From the sequence record OR770614.1: a stretch of 64,000 nucleotides of DNA; one strand, given 5' to 3'. How positions within the stretch are numbered: position 1 is the first letter of the stretch; every line of letters begins with the position of its first letter. The notes beneath the pieces are model-generated. The model made no database searches. It saw only the letters and a program-made list of their open reading frames with translations, and was not told the DNA's origin. Source of the stretch: Staphylococcus phage vB_StaM_PB50. The position numbers and the translations under genes are program-made. Shown here piece by piece: positions 48,435 through 59,156 of this stretch.

Positions 48435-51170
48435 TTAATTTAATTTAAATAACACATTCTTACCTTGCATTATTTCTTCATCATTAATATCAATCTTACT
48501 TTCATATCCTTTAAGTAAAATTAAATCAATATCAGAACTATAAAATTCATCATTATGACTAATTAAGAATACTTGTTCTAATCCCATTAATTCAATTTGT
48601 TTATCTATAACATCAACAAATCTTCTACGATTATTAGAGTCTAATGTTGCGTCCATCTCATCTAGGTAAAGAATATTATAATCTTGTGATACTTTATTTA
48701 ATAATGATAATGATAAACTAATATTAGTTAAAGCTGTTTCACCTTGAGAAGCTTCTTTAATGTCTTGTAATTCAGTTCCATTACCTTTATAAACATTAAT
48801 AAAGAAATCCTTGTCAGTTAAATCAAAATCAATCTTGAATGAATTATTATAAGCTACTGAAAGAAGTTCATTAGTACTTACTGCAATATCTTTAAGGTAA
48901 TTAGTAATGAATATTAATGGTATAGAATCTTTTTTAGGGTTTAATGAATCGACTACTAATGAATATTTCCATAAAACTTTCTCAATATCATCAATCTTAT
49001 TAATAATCGTATTTACTGTAAAGTATTTTTCTTTAGTAGATTCTAATTCATTTTTCTTCATAGTTAAATTATCTTTAATAGAATTAATCTTATTATCTGA
49101 TTGTTGATTAAGTTCATATAATCTACTTAATTTATTTAAATCTTTATCAACTTCATCAATCTTATATTGTTTATCTTTAATGTTAGATTTAATTTCATCA
49201 GACTTCTCTGTTAAATTAATAAATTCATTAATAATGTCTAAAGTATTTTGTCCTTTATCTTTCTTTGCATTAAGTTCATTAAGATTCTCTAAGATATTAT
49301 CTTTATTACTTTTAACTTCTTCAATCTGCTTTTCTAATTCAGCTTTATCTTCATTATATTGATTCATTAATTTTTGATTAGAATGATCTTCTTTAAACGC
49401 ATATCTTTTTCTTTCTAATTCTTTAGATAATTCATCTCTATTGCGTTCAGATGTTCTAATTTCATTAACATTATCTGATAATGATTTCAAGCTATTTTCT
49501 TCATTAGTAAATGAGCTATTATTAATAAATATTTCTTTAATATTATCCATAGTAATAATATCAAAACCTAAATATTCGTTTAATGAATCGACATCTTCTT
49601 TAATATAATTAAATTGATTTAATATATCGATATGATTAGAAAGAAGTTCATTATCATTTTCTAACTGATTATTTTCTTCATAAAGTTCATTAACTCTAGT
49701 TTCCAATTTATCAATTGAATCATATTCATTATCTTTAAAATCAACTACTAAAGGTACAAACACACATTCTTTATAATGTTCATGATCTTTTTGTTCTAAT
49801 ATTTTAAGTAAATCTGATTTACCTTTAATTTGATTAAGACTTGTATTAAGTTCATTAGCTTCATTTAGGTTCATAGAAATTTTTTCTTTATTAGATTTAA
49901 TTTCAGTTTCAAAATCTCCATGAATATCATTATATTTAAATTTATTATCATTAACTAGACTCTTGAATTTATTAACTTTATTTAATAGATTATCTATATA
50001 TAAATTAAGCGTATTAACTTCAATGTCGTCTTTAATTTTAATATTAAAGTTATTGAAATAAGATCCTCTAGCAGCATCTATATCATTATCCAAATCAGTT
50101 AGATCATCTTTATATGATTGAAGAATTTCATCAATTTCCTGTGAAGCGTCATAATCTTCATTGAACTTAATAGCATTCATTCTAGATTCAATTTTAGATT
50201 TTCTACTAATTAAATCATCTAATTTATCTTGATTAGATTCTTTATCTTTTTTAGTTGATGTTAAATTTGTATGAACTTCATTAAGTATAGAAGATACTTT
50301 TTCTTTCTTTTCATTAGCAGATTCTAATGTATAATTATTTAAATTTTCATTAGATTCTTTTAACTTTCTTTCTTTTTCTAATTCAATTTCAAGTTCATGA
50401 AGTTCATTACTTAAATTTTCTTTTAATTGAGTTGGATGAATTTCATTATACTTTTCTTCCATAATAGAATTTAATTTAGTTTCATTAGAAGTCTTTTCTT
50501 TATTAGCATTATCTAATTCATCCTGAATTTCATTAATTAGATTTTCTAGTACTTCTTTTTCTTTCTTAATTTCATCAAATTCTTTATATTTATCTAAATC
50601 AAATCTTAATGATTTAAGATCTTTATCAATAAGTCTTTTCTTTTCATTAGCTACTTTATAAGCTTCTAAATATTTATCAATATTAGGTACAAATTTATTA
50701 ATATATGTCTTACGATCACCAGTAGTATAATCAATAAAGTTAGAAACATTATCTCCTAATCTACCTACAGTGAAATATTCTTGAGATACGTCTAATTCTT
50801 TATCAACTATTTCATTAAATAACTTAATACCACCATTCTCATTTAGCTCTTCACCATTCTTTTTAATAAATGATTTATTTTGAGAACTGTTTTTTCCATA
50901 ATGATGTTTAATCTCATATATGTCACTATTTTTAATATAATCGATTTCTTTAATTCCTTTTTCATCTTCAATAATATGATTTTTTCTTACATCATTAGAA
51001 CCTCTGTATGGACTTAATTGAGATATAATCGCTGATTTTCCAGATCCATTATCTCCAAGAAGCATTATCATATTATTTTTACTTTTACTGAAGTCTATTT
51101 CAATTTCTTTTAATCCTGTTCCAGCATATATACCTATAAAATTCTTTAACTTTAATCTTTTAATTTTCAT
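48435..51170 (-). CDS. SbcC/Rad50-like SMC-family ATPase with long coiled coil
   Basis: Walker A LLGDNGSGKSAI at the N-terminus, ~650-aa coiled coil, signature and Walker B ILYLDEMDATLD at the C-terminus. No Mre11/SbcD partner in window. Confidence 0.75.
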   Translation of the reverse strand: MKIKRLKLKNFIGIYAGTGLKEIEIDFSKSKNNMIMLLGDNGSGKSAIISQLSPYRGSNDVRKNHIIEDEKGIKEIDYIKNSDIYEIKHHYGKNSSQNKSFIKKNGEELNENGGIKLFNEIVDKELDVSQEYFTVGRLGDNVSNFIDYTTGDRKTYINKFVPNIDKYLEAYKVANEKKRLIDKDLKSLRFDLDKYKEFDEIKKEKEVLENLINEIQDELDNANKEKTSNETKLNSIMEEKYNEIHPTQLKENLSNELHELEIELEKERKLKESNENLNNYTLESANEKKEKVSSILNEVHTNLTSTKKDKESNQDKLDDLISRKSKIESRMNAIKFNEDYDASQEIDEILQSYKDDLTDLDNDIDAARGSYFNNFNIKIKDDIEVNTLNLYIDNLLNKVNKFKSLVNDNKFKYNDIHGDFETEIKSNKEKISMNLNEANELNTSLNQIKGKSDLLKILEQKDHEHYKECVFVPLVVDFKDNEYDSIDKLETRVNELYEENNQLENDNELLSNHIDILNQFNYIKEDVDSLNEYLGFDIITMDNIKEIFINNSSFTNEENSLKSLSDNVNEIRTSERNRDELSKELERKRYAFKEDHSNQKLMNQYNEDKAELEKQIEEVKSNKDNILENLNELNAKKDKGQNTLDIINEFINLTEKSDEIKSNIKDKQYKIDEVDKDLNKLSRLYELNQQSDNKINSIKDNLTMKKNELESTKEKYFTVNTIINKIDDIEKVLWKYSLVVDSLNPKKDSIPLIFITNYLKDIAVSTNELLSVAYNNSFKIDFDLTDKDFFINVYKGNGTELQDIKEASQGETALTNISLSLSLLNKVSQDYNILYLDEMDATLDSNNRRRFVDVIDKQIELMGLEQVFLISHNDEFYSSDIDLILLKGYESKIDINDEEIMQGKNVLFKLN

Positions 51171-51227
51171 TATCCAAAGTCATCTCCTAGCCGAATTATA
51201 ATTTTCCGTTACTATAGATTTTTAATT

Positions 51228-52088
51228 TTATTTAAAATTATCCCTTACTTTATATTTAGCTATAATCTTTTCATCATTAATTTTCTCAAATGTATCTGTT
51301 TCATCTATATAACTGAATAATTCTATATATTCATCTTTAATATCTTCTTCTTTTATTTTTAAATCTTCTTTGCTAAATTCTAAAAAATATTTTTCATTTA
51401 AATAAAAATTTATATTAAGATGGTTAGTTATTTTATTCAATAATATTAGTATTTCACTATTTATATTTAGAAGAACTTTATACATCATATGATGACCTAG
51501 ATTTTTTTTCTTTAAAGCATTATATAATTGAATTGGATCTTCTTCAGGTATAAATTTATTTATTTCAAATACCAATGTATTATTTTCTCCTTTAAACTCA
51601 AATACATTTCCACATATTTTATTAAATAATTTTTTGTCTAATTCAGTTCCAAGATTTGAAATATTCAATTCTAAACTAAGATCAATACCATTTTTAAGTA
51701 CATAAATATCATTATCGTCTTTATCTTTATATTTACCTTTTTCATGAAATTTAACATCTGAATTTAAATTTATACTAAAATTATTTAATATTTTTGAATT
51801 GTCTATACTATAAGATAAAAAAGGTAGAAATGACATCATATCTAGATTAACTCCTTTAATATGTCTTGGTTCCTCTTTAAAAATATTAAAAAGCATAAAA
51901 GGGGATTTATCAGGGTTTCTATTTTCTTTATTTGAGAATTGTAAATTTGATAATATATGACTTAAAGTATTAATTTCTGGAGTTATAAAATTCTTTATAC
52001 CTATATCCGATAAATCTTCAATTTCATTTTCAACTGTGTACATTTTGTCTTCTAATTTATATAGATAATAATCTTTATTTTTATCCAA
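51228..52088 (-). CDS. tandem paralog family member 1 (C-terminal tail FEKINDEKIIAKYKVRDNFK)
   Basis: Conserved C-terminal tail shared by 13 genes in 51.2-62.4 kb. Confidence 0.6.
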   Translation of the reverse strand: MDKNKDYYLYKLEDKMYTVENEIEDLSDIGIKNFITPEINTLSHILSNLQFSNKENRNPDKSPFMLFNIFKEEPRHIKGVNLDMMSFLPFLSYSIDNSKILNNFSINLNSDVKFHEKGKYKDKDDNDIYVLKNGIDLSLELNISNLGTELDKKLFNKICGNVFEFKGENNTLVFEINKFIPEEDPIQLYNALKKKNLGHHMMYKVLLNINSEILILLNKITNHLNINFYLNEKYFLEFSKEDLKIKEEDIKDEYIELFSYIDETDTFEKINDEKIIAKYKVRDNFK

Positions 52089-52102
52089 CGAAAAATCCTC
52101 CT

Positions 52103-52834
52103 TTATTTAAAATTTTCTCTTACTAAATACTTCTCAATAGTTTCTTTATCAGTTATTTCCTTAAATATTCTACCAGAATCAAAATTTTTAAGAAATTCAA
52201 TTTCTTTATTATCGAATTTACTATAGTCTTCTAAATTTTTAGTTCCAATTATAGATGCAAAAGAAACTTCTTTTATTAAGAATTCTAAATCAAAATGTTT
52301 AGACATTGCATGTAAAACATTGATAATTGCACCATTCATATCAGATAAAGTAAACACCATATCATTATTATTTTTAAGATTTTCATTTTCAAGATCTGAA
52401 ATGAAAATATCATAATCACTTATTACCGGTAAATACTCCATTTTTATTGAATTATTTTTGTCTAAGATATCTCCAGATACAGATCTAAAGAATGGATTAT
52501 AAACAGTAGGATAAACTCCAGTATTAAATACTAAAGTTAAGTAGCTGGTATCATTTTTATTTATTTCAAATCTTCCAGCAATATCGATATAATCAATTGA
52601 TTCTTCATTTTTACTTTTTATTGAATAATATAATCTAGGAAATATATTATGAAAATCTATAGTACAAGATTTTTTATCTTTTTCATAGCTGGACCATTCA
52701 TAGGAATCAGTTTTAACTTGTAAACTAGCAAGCAAATAATTGAAAAATATTTCATTATTTGTTTGCTCTGAATTTATATTATCTATTTCAATTAATCTTT
52801 CACTTAGTTTTGTTACAAAATATTTTTTACCCAT
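52103..52834 (-). CDS. tandem paralog family member 2
   Basis: N-terminal KKYFVTKLSERLIEID; C-terminal FKEITDKETIEKYLVRENFK. Confidence 0.6.
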   Translation of the reverse strand: MGKKYFVTKLSERLIEIDNINSEQTNNEIFFNYLLASLQVKTDSYEWSSYEKDKKSCTIDFHNIFPRLYYSIKSKNEESIDYIDIAGRFEINKNDTSYLTLVFNTGVYPTVYNPFFRSVSGDILDKNNSIKMEYLPVISDYDIFISDLENENLKNNNDMVFTLSDMNGAIINVLHAMSKHFDLEFLIKEVSFASIIGTKNLEDYSKFDNKEIEFLKNFDSGRIFKEITDKETIEKYLVRENFK

Positions 52835-52850
52835 ATTAAATTTCTCCTTT

Positions 52851-53633
52851 TTATTTAAAATTATTTTTCACTAAATATTTTTTAATAATCTTTTCATCTT
52901 TAATCTCTTCAAATACTCCAGATATTTTATACTCGTCAAATAAATTATAGTATTCATCATCTATATCAACATTATCTCTTTTATCATTCTCTGGTATGTG
53001 CGAGAAACAACCATCTGATACAAAAAATTCTATATCAAAATGATCTCTAATTTGTGATAAAATTTCCAATATAGAACTATTTACTTCAACTAATATTTGG
53101 TATAAATCTTTATTATTTCTAAAATTATTCTCTGTACCACTATTAAAATCTGATATTAAATCTTCCATGCTATTTATATGAAATCTAAAAGGCACTTTTA
53201 AAGAATTGGATTCATCTAATATATTGCCAATAACGCTATTAAAAATTATTGAATTTATACCTGAAGAGTATGGATTTTCAATTCTAACTTTTAAATAGTT
53301 CTTATTTTCTATTGATTCGTTGAAAATAATATCAAAATCAATAATAAGTATATTCGTTGTCTTTTTATTATTAACATTATATTTGATAACTGGAAAAATA
53401 TATCCAGCCGATATAATCCCTGACCATAAATTCTCTCCATTATCATCTTTATCAACAATCTCTTCAGAAGATATAGTTATTTCTTCATTACTTTTTACTT
53501 GTAAATTAGAAAGTAATTGAGGTAGATATAAATAATCTTCACTTATATTATATTTGTATAAATTAGTAACTTCAAATAAATCATCTGTCATTTTACTTAA
53601 AAAATATTTTTTATGACTTTTATTTATACTCAT
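52851..53633 (-). CDS. tandem paralog family member 3
   Basis: N-terminal KKYFLSKMTDDLFEV; C-terminal FEEIKDEKIIKKYLVKNNFK. Confidence 0.6.
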   Translation of the reverse strand: MSINKSHKKYFLSKMTDDLFEVTNLYKYNISEDYLYLPQLLSNLQVKSNEEITISSEEIVDKDDNGENLWSGIISAGYIFPVIKYNVNNKKTTNILIIDFDIIFNESIENKNYLKVRIENPYSSGINSIIFNSVIGNILDESNSLKVPFRFHINSMEDLISDFNSGTENNFRNNKDLYQILVEVNSSILEILSQIRDHFDIEFFVSDGCFSHIPENDKRDNVDIDDEYYNLFDEYKISGVFEEIKDEKIIKKYLVKNNFK

Positions 53634-54490
53634 TATGAAAATCCTTTCTTGACTTTAAAATTTTTAATATCTTTTTCATCTGTTAATTCTTTAAATAAAT
53701 CATTTTCATCACTTTCTATTAGATGTAATAAATTAATTAAACTGCCACCCTTACTGGAGAAACTAATATAAAATTCTATATCATCTTTATACATATATTT
53801 AATCTCATAAAGAGACATTAATACACTAAGATTATTCTGATATAATATTATAAAGAATAAATCCTTAAAATCTTCTATAAATTTAATAATAGGATTTTTC
53901 TCAAATGCCGATATTGAAAAACTTAAATCCATAAATGATTCATTATTATATTTGATCTCGTATAAACTCTTTTCAAATAATTCAATATTTACAAGAGATC
54001 TCATTTTTTCATTTATTCCTTCATTAACTAAATTATTTTCATTTACTAAACCATTAGTAATTGTATTGAAATATTCTTTATATAATGAATTATCAAAATG
54101 AAAATCTAATTTAAATTCTCCAGTTTCAATTTTATCCATTCTACCAGTATTGAAATTAATATGAAAATTAGTATTAAATCTTTTAAAAGCATCATTTTTA
54201 TTATGTTTGTCTATAAAATAAATATCATTATCAATTTCTTTATAATGAAAATTCATATAATCTTCTTCTTTAGAAATATTATTTATGAAAGATTTAGCGT
54301 ATCCTTTACTACTTAAAATATTATTAATATCCATAGTGGTTAATACATATGCAATATATTCATATCGGTTAAGATAATTTCTATCAATTTCAATTAATTC
54401 ATCTCTTTCTTTATCTATAAAATATTTTGTATTATTTTTCATATTAGGAAAATCCTTTCTTGACTTTAAATTTTTTAATCTCTTTCTCAT
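53633..54490 (-). CDS. tandem paralog family member 4 (true start probably the internal Met near 54442)
   Basis: NTKYFIDKERDELIEID; C-terminal FKELTDEKDIKNFKVKKGFS. The first 16 codons overlap the upstream gene in another frame. Confidence 0.55.
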   Translation of the reverse strand: MRKRLKNLKSRKDFPNMKNNTKYFIDKERDELIEIDRNYLNRYEYIAYVLTTMDINNILSSKGYAKSFINNISKEEDYMNFHYKEIDNDIYFIDKHNKNDAFKRFNTNFHINFNTGRMDKIETGEFKLDFHFDNSLYKEYFNTITNGLVNENNLVNEGINEKMRSLVNIELFEKSLYEIKYNNESFMDLSFSISAFEKNPIIKFIEDFKDLFFIILYQNNLSVLMSLYEIKYMYKDDIEFYISFSSKGGSLINLLHLIESDENDLFKELTDEKDIKNFKVKKGFS

Positions 54491-55223
54491 CAGTTATTTC
54501 TCTAAAATATGCATCAGCGTCAAAATCATTTAAACTGATATACTTATCATATTCTTTTTCAAAACTAAAACCTTTTTCTTTTACCTTTTCCTTAACGCTA
54601 AAATCCCAATCCGGTGCAATAAGAAATTCAATATCTGAATGGTCTTGTATCTGATCTAGTAATTCAAAGATTAATTTATTTGTATCATTAAATATTTTAT
54701 ATAAATCATCTTTGAGTTCTACAGCTCTTTTTCCTTTTTGTATATGACTTTTATAATATTTTAAAAATCGAGATATAATTTCTTCATTAAAGCTATGATG
54801 TAAATATAGTTCGCCATCATCATCAAATATACCAGATCTTTTACTAAATAATCTTTTACCTATCTTACTATTATTATATACAGGGAAAGCTCTAATCTTA
54901 ATATAGTTATCGTCTTCTTCTTTTAAACTAAAACGTATTGTAGCGTAAAAGAGAAGTTCCATTTTATTTTTTTTACCCTTATATTTATATTTTACGGTAG
55001 GGAAAGCATCAAAAAATAATCTAACACCAAATAAGCCATCATTATCATCATATTCTTCATGAGTTATGAAAAATCTTTCATTATACTTTAACTGCATTTC
55101 AGCGAATAATTTGCTTAAAACTTTCCATTTAAAGTCAAAATAGTTTGTTTCATTTTCATTGAAACTTAATTCCATAAATTCTTCTCTCAATTTACTAATA
55201 TAATATTTATTAATTTTCTCCAT
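54444..55223 (-). CDS. tandem paralog family member 5
   Basis: KYYISKLREEFMEL; C-terminal FREITDEKEIKKFKVKKGFS. Confidence 0.6.
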   Translation of the reverse strand: MEKINKYYISKLREEFMELSFNENETNYFDFKWKVLSKLFAEMQLKYNERFFITHEEYDDNDGLFGVRLFFDAFPTVKYKYKGKKNKMELLFYATIRFSLKEEDDNYIKIRAFPVYNNSKIGKRLFSKRSGIFDDDGELYLHHSFNEEIISRFLKYYKSHIQKGKRAVELKDDLYKIFNDTNKLIFELLDQIQDHSDIEFLIAPDWDFSVKEKVKEKGFSFEKEYDKYISLNDFDADAYFREITDEKEIKKFKVKKGFS

Positions 55224-55249
55224 TTATTTAACTCCTTTTATTATAATAA

Positions 55250-55280
55250 TCCCAATACCTAAATTAATGGGTATTGGGAT
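55250..55280. terminator. terminator hairpin TCCCAATACCT-AAATTAAT-GGGTATTGGGA (conserved family)
   Basis: Inverted repeat with one mismatch. Confidence 0.6.
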
Positions 55281-55305
55281 AACATTTTTATAATATATAT
55301 TTATT

Positions 55306-55707
55306 CTAATCTTCAGAATTGAGTGACACTTGAACATTTTCCATTTCTTCACGTTGTTCTTTAAGTCTATCAAGAACTTCTTTTTCTTCTTTATTTTGAG
55401 TTAATTCTGGTTCAATTAATAATTCTTTTTCTTTCATGTCTTCTAATATACTTAAACCTTTTTGAACCTCTGGCGATTCATTAGAAGGATTAAATCTATT
55501 ATGTTTATTATCATAATAATTTAATTTAACTAGATCTGAATTAGTTTCAATAACCACTTCAGCTTCTATGAATAAAATATCATTCGGATCAGTTACACGT
55601 TTTCTATATATTAAAGCTTTAGTATAAGAATCCTTTTTAAAACCATAATCTCTTAATAGCTGTTTAATATTTTCTTTATTACTATTTAATCTATATTCTG
55701 ATAACAT
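55306..55707 (-). CDS. hypothetical acidic protein
   Basis: ORF inside the paralog array; not a family member. Confidence 0.45.
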   Translation of the reverse strand: MLSEYRLNSNKENIKQLLRDYGFKKDSYTKALIYRKRVTDPNDILFIEAEVVIETNSDLVKLNYYDNKHNRFNPSNESPEVQKGLSILEDMKEKELLIEPELTQNKEEKEVLDRLKEQREEMENVQVSLNSED

Positions 55708-55869
55708 TATAAATCACTCCTTAATTATTTTTACTAAATTCATGAACTTCATTAAGATGCTCATGATCTTGGTAGCTAAATTTAAACTCGTATAGTTTCT
55801 TTTCAAATCTTTTTCTAGTTAATAATTCGTATAATCTTTTTAACATATCTAATACATCTCCTTATTAAT

Positions 55870-56280
55870 TTAAAATGAAGCATCTATTACTAAATAAAAA
55901 TTATGCTTATTGCTTTCTAAATAGTATCTATTTTGAAATATTTCTAACATTAATTTGTAGTATTTTGTTAGATCATTATCAAAATTATCTTCTTTTAATT
56001 CTTTTTTCATTAATTCTTTTAAATTTGATTCTGAAATTACTTGAACATCATAACCTTCATCATCTTTAAAAATAGTTGAATTTTCACTTAAAACTTTAAA
56101 TAATTCATGTGGTTTATATAATTCTAATTCAAATAAGTGATTTTTCTTATTTATATATCTTTTATTTTTAATATACCAATCTAAATTTCTTTGATGACTT
56201 TTATTTATTCCATATATACTAAGTTCCATACCCATAAATAATACATCTCCTATATAATAAATACCCATAATATATTGCAT
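55870..56280 (-). CDS. hypothetical protein
   Basis: ORF. Confidence 0.4.
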   Translation of the reverse strand: MQYIMGIYYIGDVLFMGMELSIYGINKSHQRNLDWYIKNKRYINKKNHLFELELYKPHELFKVLSENSTIFKDDEGYDVQVISESNLKELMKKELKEDNFDNDLTKYYKLMLEIFQNRYYLESNKHNFYLVIDASF

Positions 56281-56303
56281 TAATATATTATGGGCAAAAT
56301 AAT

Positions 56304-57089
56304 CTAAAATTCTGCTTTTTGATAAATATTTCCAAATTCATCTTTAACTATTTCATCATTACCTTCAATATCTTCAAAGATAAGATCTCTAGTCATAGTA
56401 AATAATTCTGGATATTCATCTTCAAGCTCATCTTCTTCAATGATATTCATTTCATTATCAGCAATTACTAGTTCATATTCATTTGGAGTATCACCTAATA
56501 CAAAGAATTGCAATGTGCCTTTATATACTTTTAAAATAGAAGCTAAGTCTTGATATTTAAGTTCATTGACCTCTTTTTGTAATTCCTCTCTTTTTTCAAT
56601 TTCTTTTTCATCTTCATCTATATCTTTATTTAGATTTTCTAAAGTTTGATCTAATTTATCTTTCAAATCTTCTTCATCTTCAGCAGTATCTTCTTCATTT
56701 TCTGTCATGCTGTTTAATATATCTTTATTAGACATATTATTAAGCTGACTAAGTACATTTTTAGCAAGCACTTTATAGTTATCTTCAGATTCATCATCTT
56801 CAGCCATTTTCTGAGCTTTCATAGTTAAGTCAATAATATCTTTTTTAACATTTTTCATTTGCATAATAGTGTCTTTAATTTCTTTTTCTACACTAATAAT
56901 ATTAGCTTCCATATTAGATACAAATGTATGTTTAGGATATTTCAGATTCTTAGTTAAATCTCTAATTCTTTCTTCTAATTGAATTTCTTTACGTTCCATT
57001 TTAGATTTAAAACCAACTAGCATTTTATATTCTTCCATCATATCATTAATTTGTGAAATTAAATCAATTCCGTTATTTTCATTAGACAT
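56304..57089 (-). CDS. acidic coiled-coil protein
   Basis: E/D/K-rich ORF. Confidence 0.45.
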   Translation of the reverse strand: MSNENNGIDLISQINDMMEEYKMLVGFKSKMERKEIQLEERIRDLTKNLKYPKHTFVSNMEANIISVEKEIKDTIMQMKNVKKDIIDLTMKAQKMAEDDESEDNYKVLAKNVLSQLNNMSNKDILNSMTENEEDTAEDEEDLKDKLDQTLENLNKDIDEDEKEIEKREELQKEVNELKYQDLASILKVYKGTLQFFVLGDTPNEYELVIADNEMNIIEEDELEDEYPELFTMTRDLIFEDIEGNDEIVKDEFGNIYQKAEF

Positions 57090-57135
57090 TTAGTTAATCA
57101 CTTCTTTCATATATTATAAAAGTAAGTTAATTAAA

Positions 57136-57822
57136 TTACCTAAAGTTTTTATTTACTAAATAGTTTTTAATTTCTTTCTCATCTTTAATTTCAATAAATT
57201 TCTTACTGAAATTTAATATATTATAATCTTCTAATGTACCATCTTTATACTTCGAGAAATTTTCTAGTTTTATTTTATTCTTATTTTCTTCAAATTCTTC
57301 TATAATTTCTTCATTAATTACATAAAAATCAATATCATCATTTTCAATTTCTTTTAATACCGCTTCAAACATTTCACTAAAGAAAATCTGATCTTCTTCT
57401 TTATAATCATATTCAAATTTAGGATAATTTTCATATTTAAATAATTTCCGGTTATAAAATAAGTTTCTTACTTTTGTGAAATTTCCAACACTTTCAAATT
57501 TATTAAGAGTTGCAGCTGTAGGTGTAAGTTTAATATTAATTATAGCTTCATGATTAAGCTTCAACCGAATAGTCAATTCTATGTGTTTTATTCTATACAT
57601 AATGTTATTGTGATTAATTACAATGAAACTTCCAGTCATTCCTTGATGTCTCAATATATAGTCGTCTTTTGTATATTTTTCATGCTTCACTAAGTATAGA
57701 TTATCATCCACATAGTTAATAAATGAAAAAGATCTAATATATTTTTCTATACCATCTTTTGCTTCTATATATTTTCCATTATCTATATTTTTGTATAATT
57801 TAAAATCAATCATATTATTCAA
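57136..57822 (-). CDS. tandem paralog family member 6
   Basis: C-terminal FIEIKDEKEIKNYLVNKNFR. Confidence 0.6.
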   Translation of the reverse strand: MNNMIDFKLYKNIDNGKYIEAKDGIEKYIRSFSFINYVDDNLYLVKHEKYTKDDYILRHQGMTGSFIVINHNNIMYRIKHIELTIRLKLNHEAIINIKLTPTAATLNKFESVGNFTKVRNLFYNRKLFKYENYPKFEYDYKEEDQIFFSEMFEAVLKEIENDDIDFYVINEEIIEEFEENKNKIKLENFSKYKDGTLEDYNILNFSKKFIEIKDEKEIKNYLVNKNFR

Positions 57823-58450
57823 AACCTTTCTTGACTAAGTAATTTTTAATTTCCTTTTCATCCGTTACTTCTTTAAATAGTTCATCTATAATATTTAAAT
57901 TATAGATTTCTTTTATATCCTCTTTACTTATTTTGTAATCATGAATATTGTCTTCGTTATTTAATGAAAAGACATTAAATGCAGAACCATTTTTATTAAA
58001 TATATCTCTAGTCAAGTATTCTTTAGCTCTGTCTAGTAAAGTTTTTCCTTCAGTATATATTTCTGTATCATTAAAATAAAATTCAATTTCACCTTCTCTA
58101 GATACAAAAGGTCCTATTTCACAGTGAACTTCTTTTTTTGAAAACGCTGGAATATCTAATACAAAACTAAATTCATATTGACCATCATTTTTATCTACGA
58201 AAAGATCAAATTCATTTACATAAAAAAGATTATTCATATCATAACCGAATCTTAGAATTAGACCATCCATAGAATTTATCCAAAGACGAACATTTTTAAC
58301 ATCATAACCAGTACAGCCTGGATGTTTGAAAAATTGATCAAAAGATATATCAAATAATTCTTTTCTAGAAAGACTCTTTTTATCAATGAAACTATATTCT
58401 AAAATATCAGATACATATAATGATTCATTCATTTTAATTACCTCTTTCAT
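57815..58450 (-). CDS. tandem paralog family member 7
   Basis: C-terminal FKEVTDEKEIKNYLVKKGFE. Confidence 0.6.
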   Translation of the reverse strand: MKEVIKMNESLYVSDILEYSFIDKKSLSRKELFDISFDQFFKHPGCTGYDVKNVRLWINSMDGLILRFGYDMNNLFYVNEFDLFVDKNDGQYEFSFVLDIPAFSKKEVHCEIGPFVSREGEIEFYFNDTEIYTEGKTLLDRAKEYLTRDIFNKNGSAFNVFSLNNEDNIHDYKISKEDIKEIYNLNIIDELFKEVTDEKEIKNYLVKKGFE

Positions 58451-59064
58451 TATTTAAAATTTTTTTCTACTAAATATTTTTTAATTTCTTTTTCATCTTC
58501 TAGTTTTCTAAAATATACATGAGGTTCAAATATATCAATACCATTTATAAAGATTTTAGTATTTCCATCAACATTTTCTTCTTTAAGCATTTTGTCCAAC
58601 AAATTAGACAATGTATCTAAATTATTTTCGTATTGATTATAACCCATAAGATCTTTTTCATAAAAATCTTTTACCATTGTTATAGCAAGACTATTTGAAA
58701 TAGTATCATCTTCTAAAAATTGTATCTGAGTATCTCTATTAATATAGGTTTCTAATTGTAATGTTACTTCATTATCTTTAATTTTTACATATGAAAATTC
58801 TAAGGCTTCTACTGGAAGATTCTTTCTAATCCCATTATATATATTACTGTAATATATATTTTCACTATCAATTAAATCAAAACGTAAATTTCTATTATAA
58901 TAAAGATCATCATTTAAACTAGGGTAATAATCTAAATTTCTTTCCATTAACTTTTTATAATAGAATTTATTTATTTTATCATTAATATCATTTTCATCTT
59001 TACCAATTATAAAAAGCTCATTAATATCCTTATTGTAATAAAATTCATTCTCTTTTAAAATCAT
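58450..59064 (-). CDS. tandem paralog family member 8
   Basis: C-terminal FRKLEDEKEIKKYLVEKNFK. Confidence 0.6.
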   Translation of the reverse strand: MILKENEFYYNKDINELFIIGKDENDINDKINKFYYKKLMERNLDYYPSLNDDLYYNRNLRFDLIDSENIYYSNIYNGIRKNLPVEALEFSYVKIKDNEVTLQLETYINRDTQIQFLEDDTISNSLAITMVKDFYEKDLMGYNQYENNLDTLSNLLDKMLKEENVDGNTKIFINGIDIFEPHVYFRKLEDEKEIKKYLVEKNFK

Positions 59065-59156
59065 ATCTTTTCCACTCTCCTAATTAAATTAATATAGAGA
59101 TAATGAATCATATTAATTCATTATCTCATTTTTATAATATATATTTAACACATATT

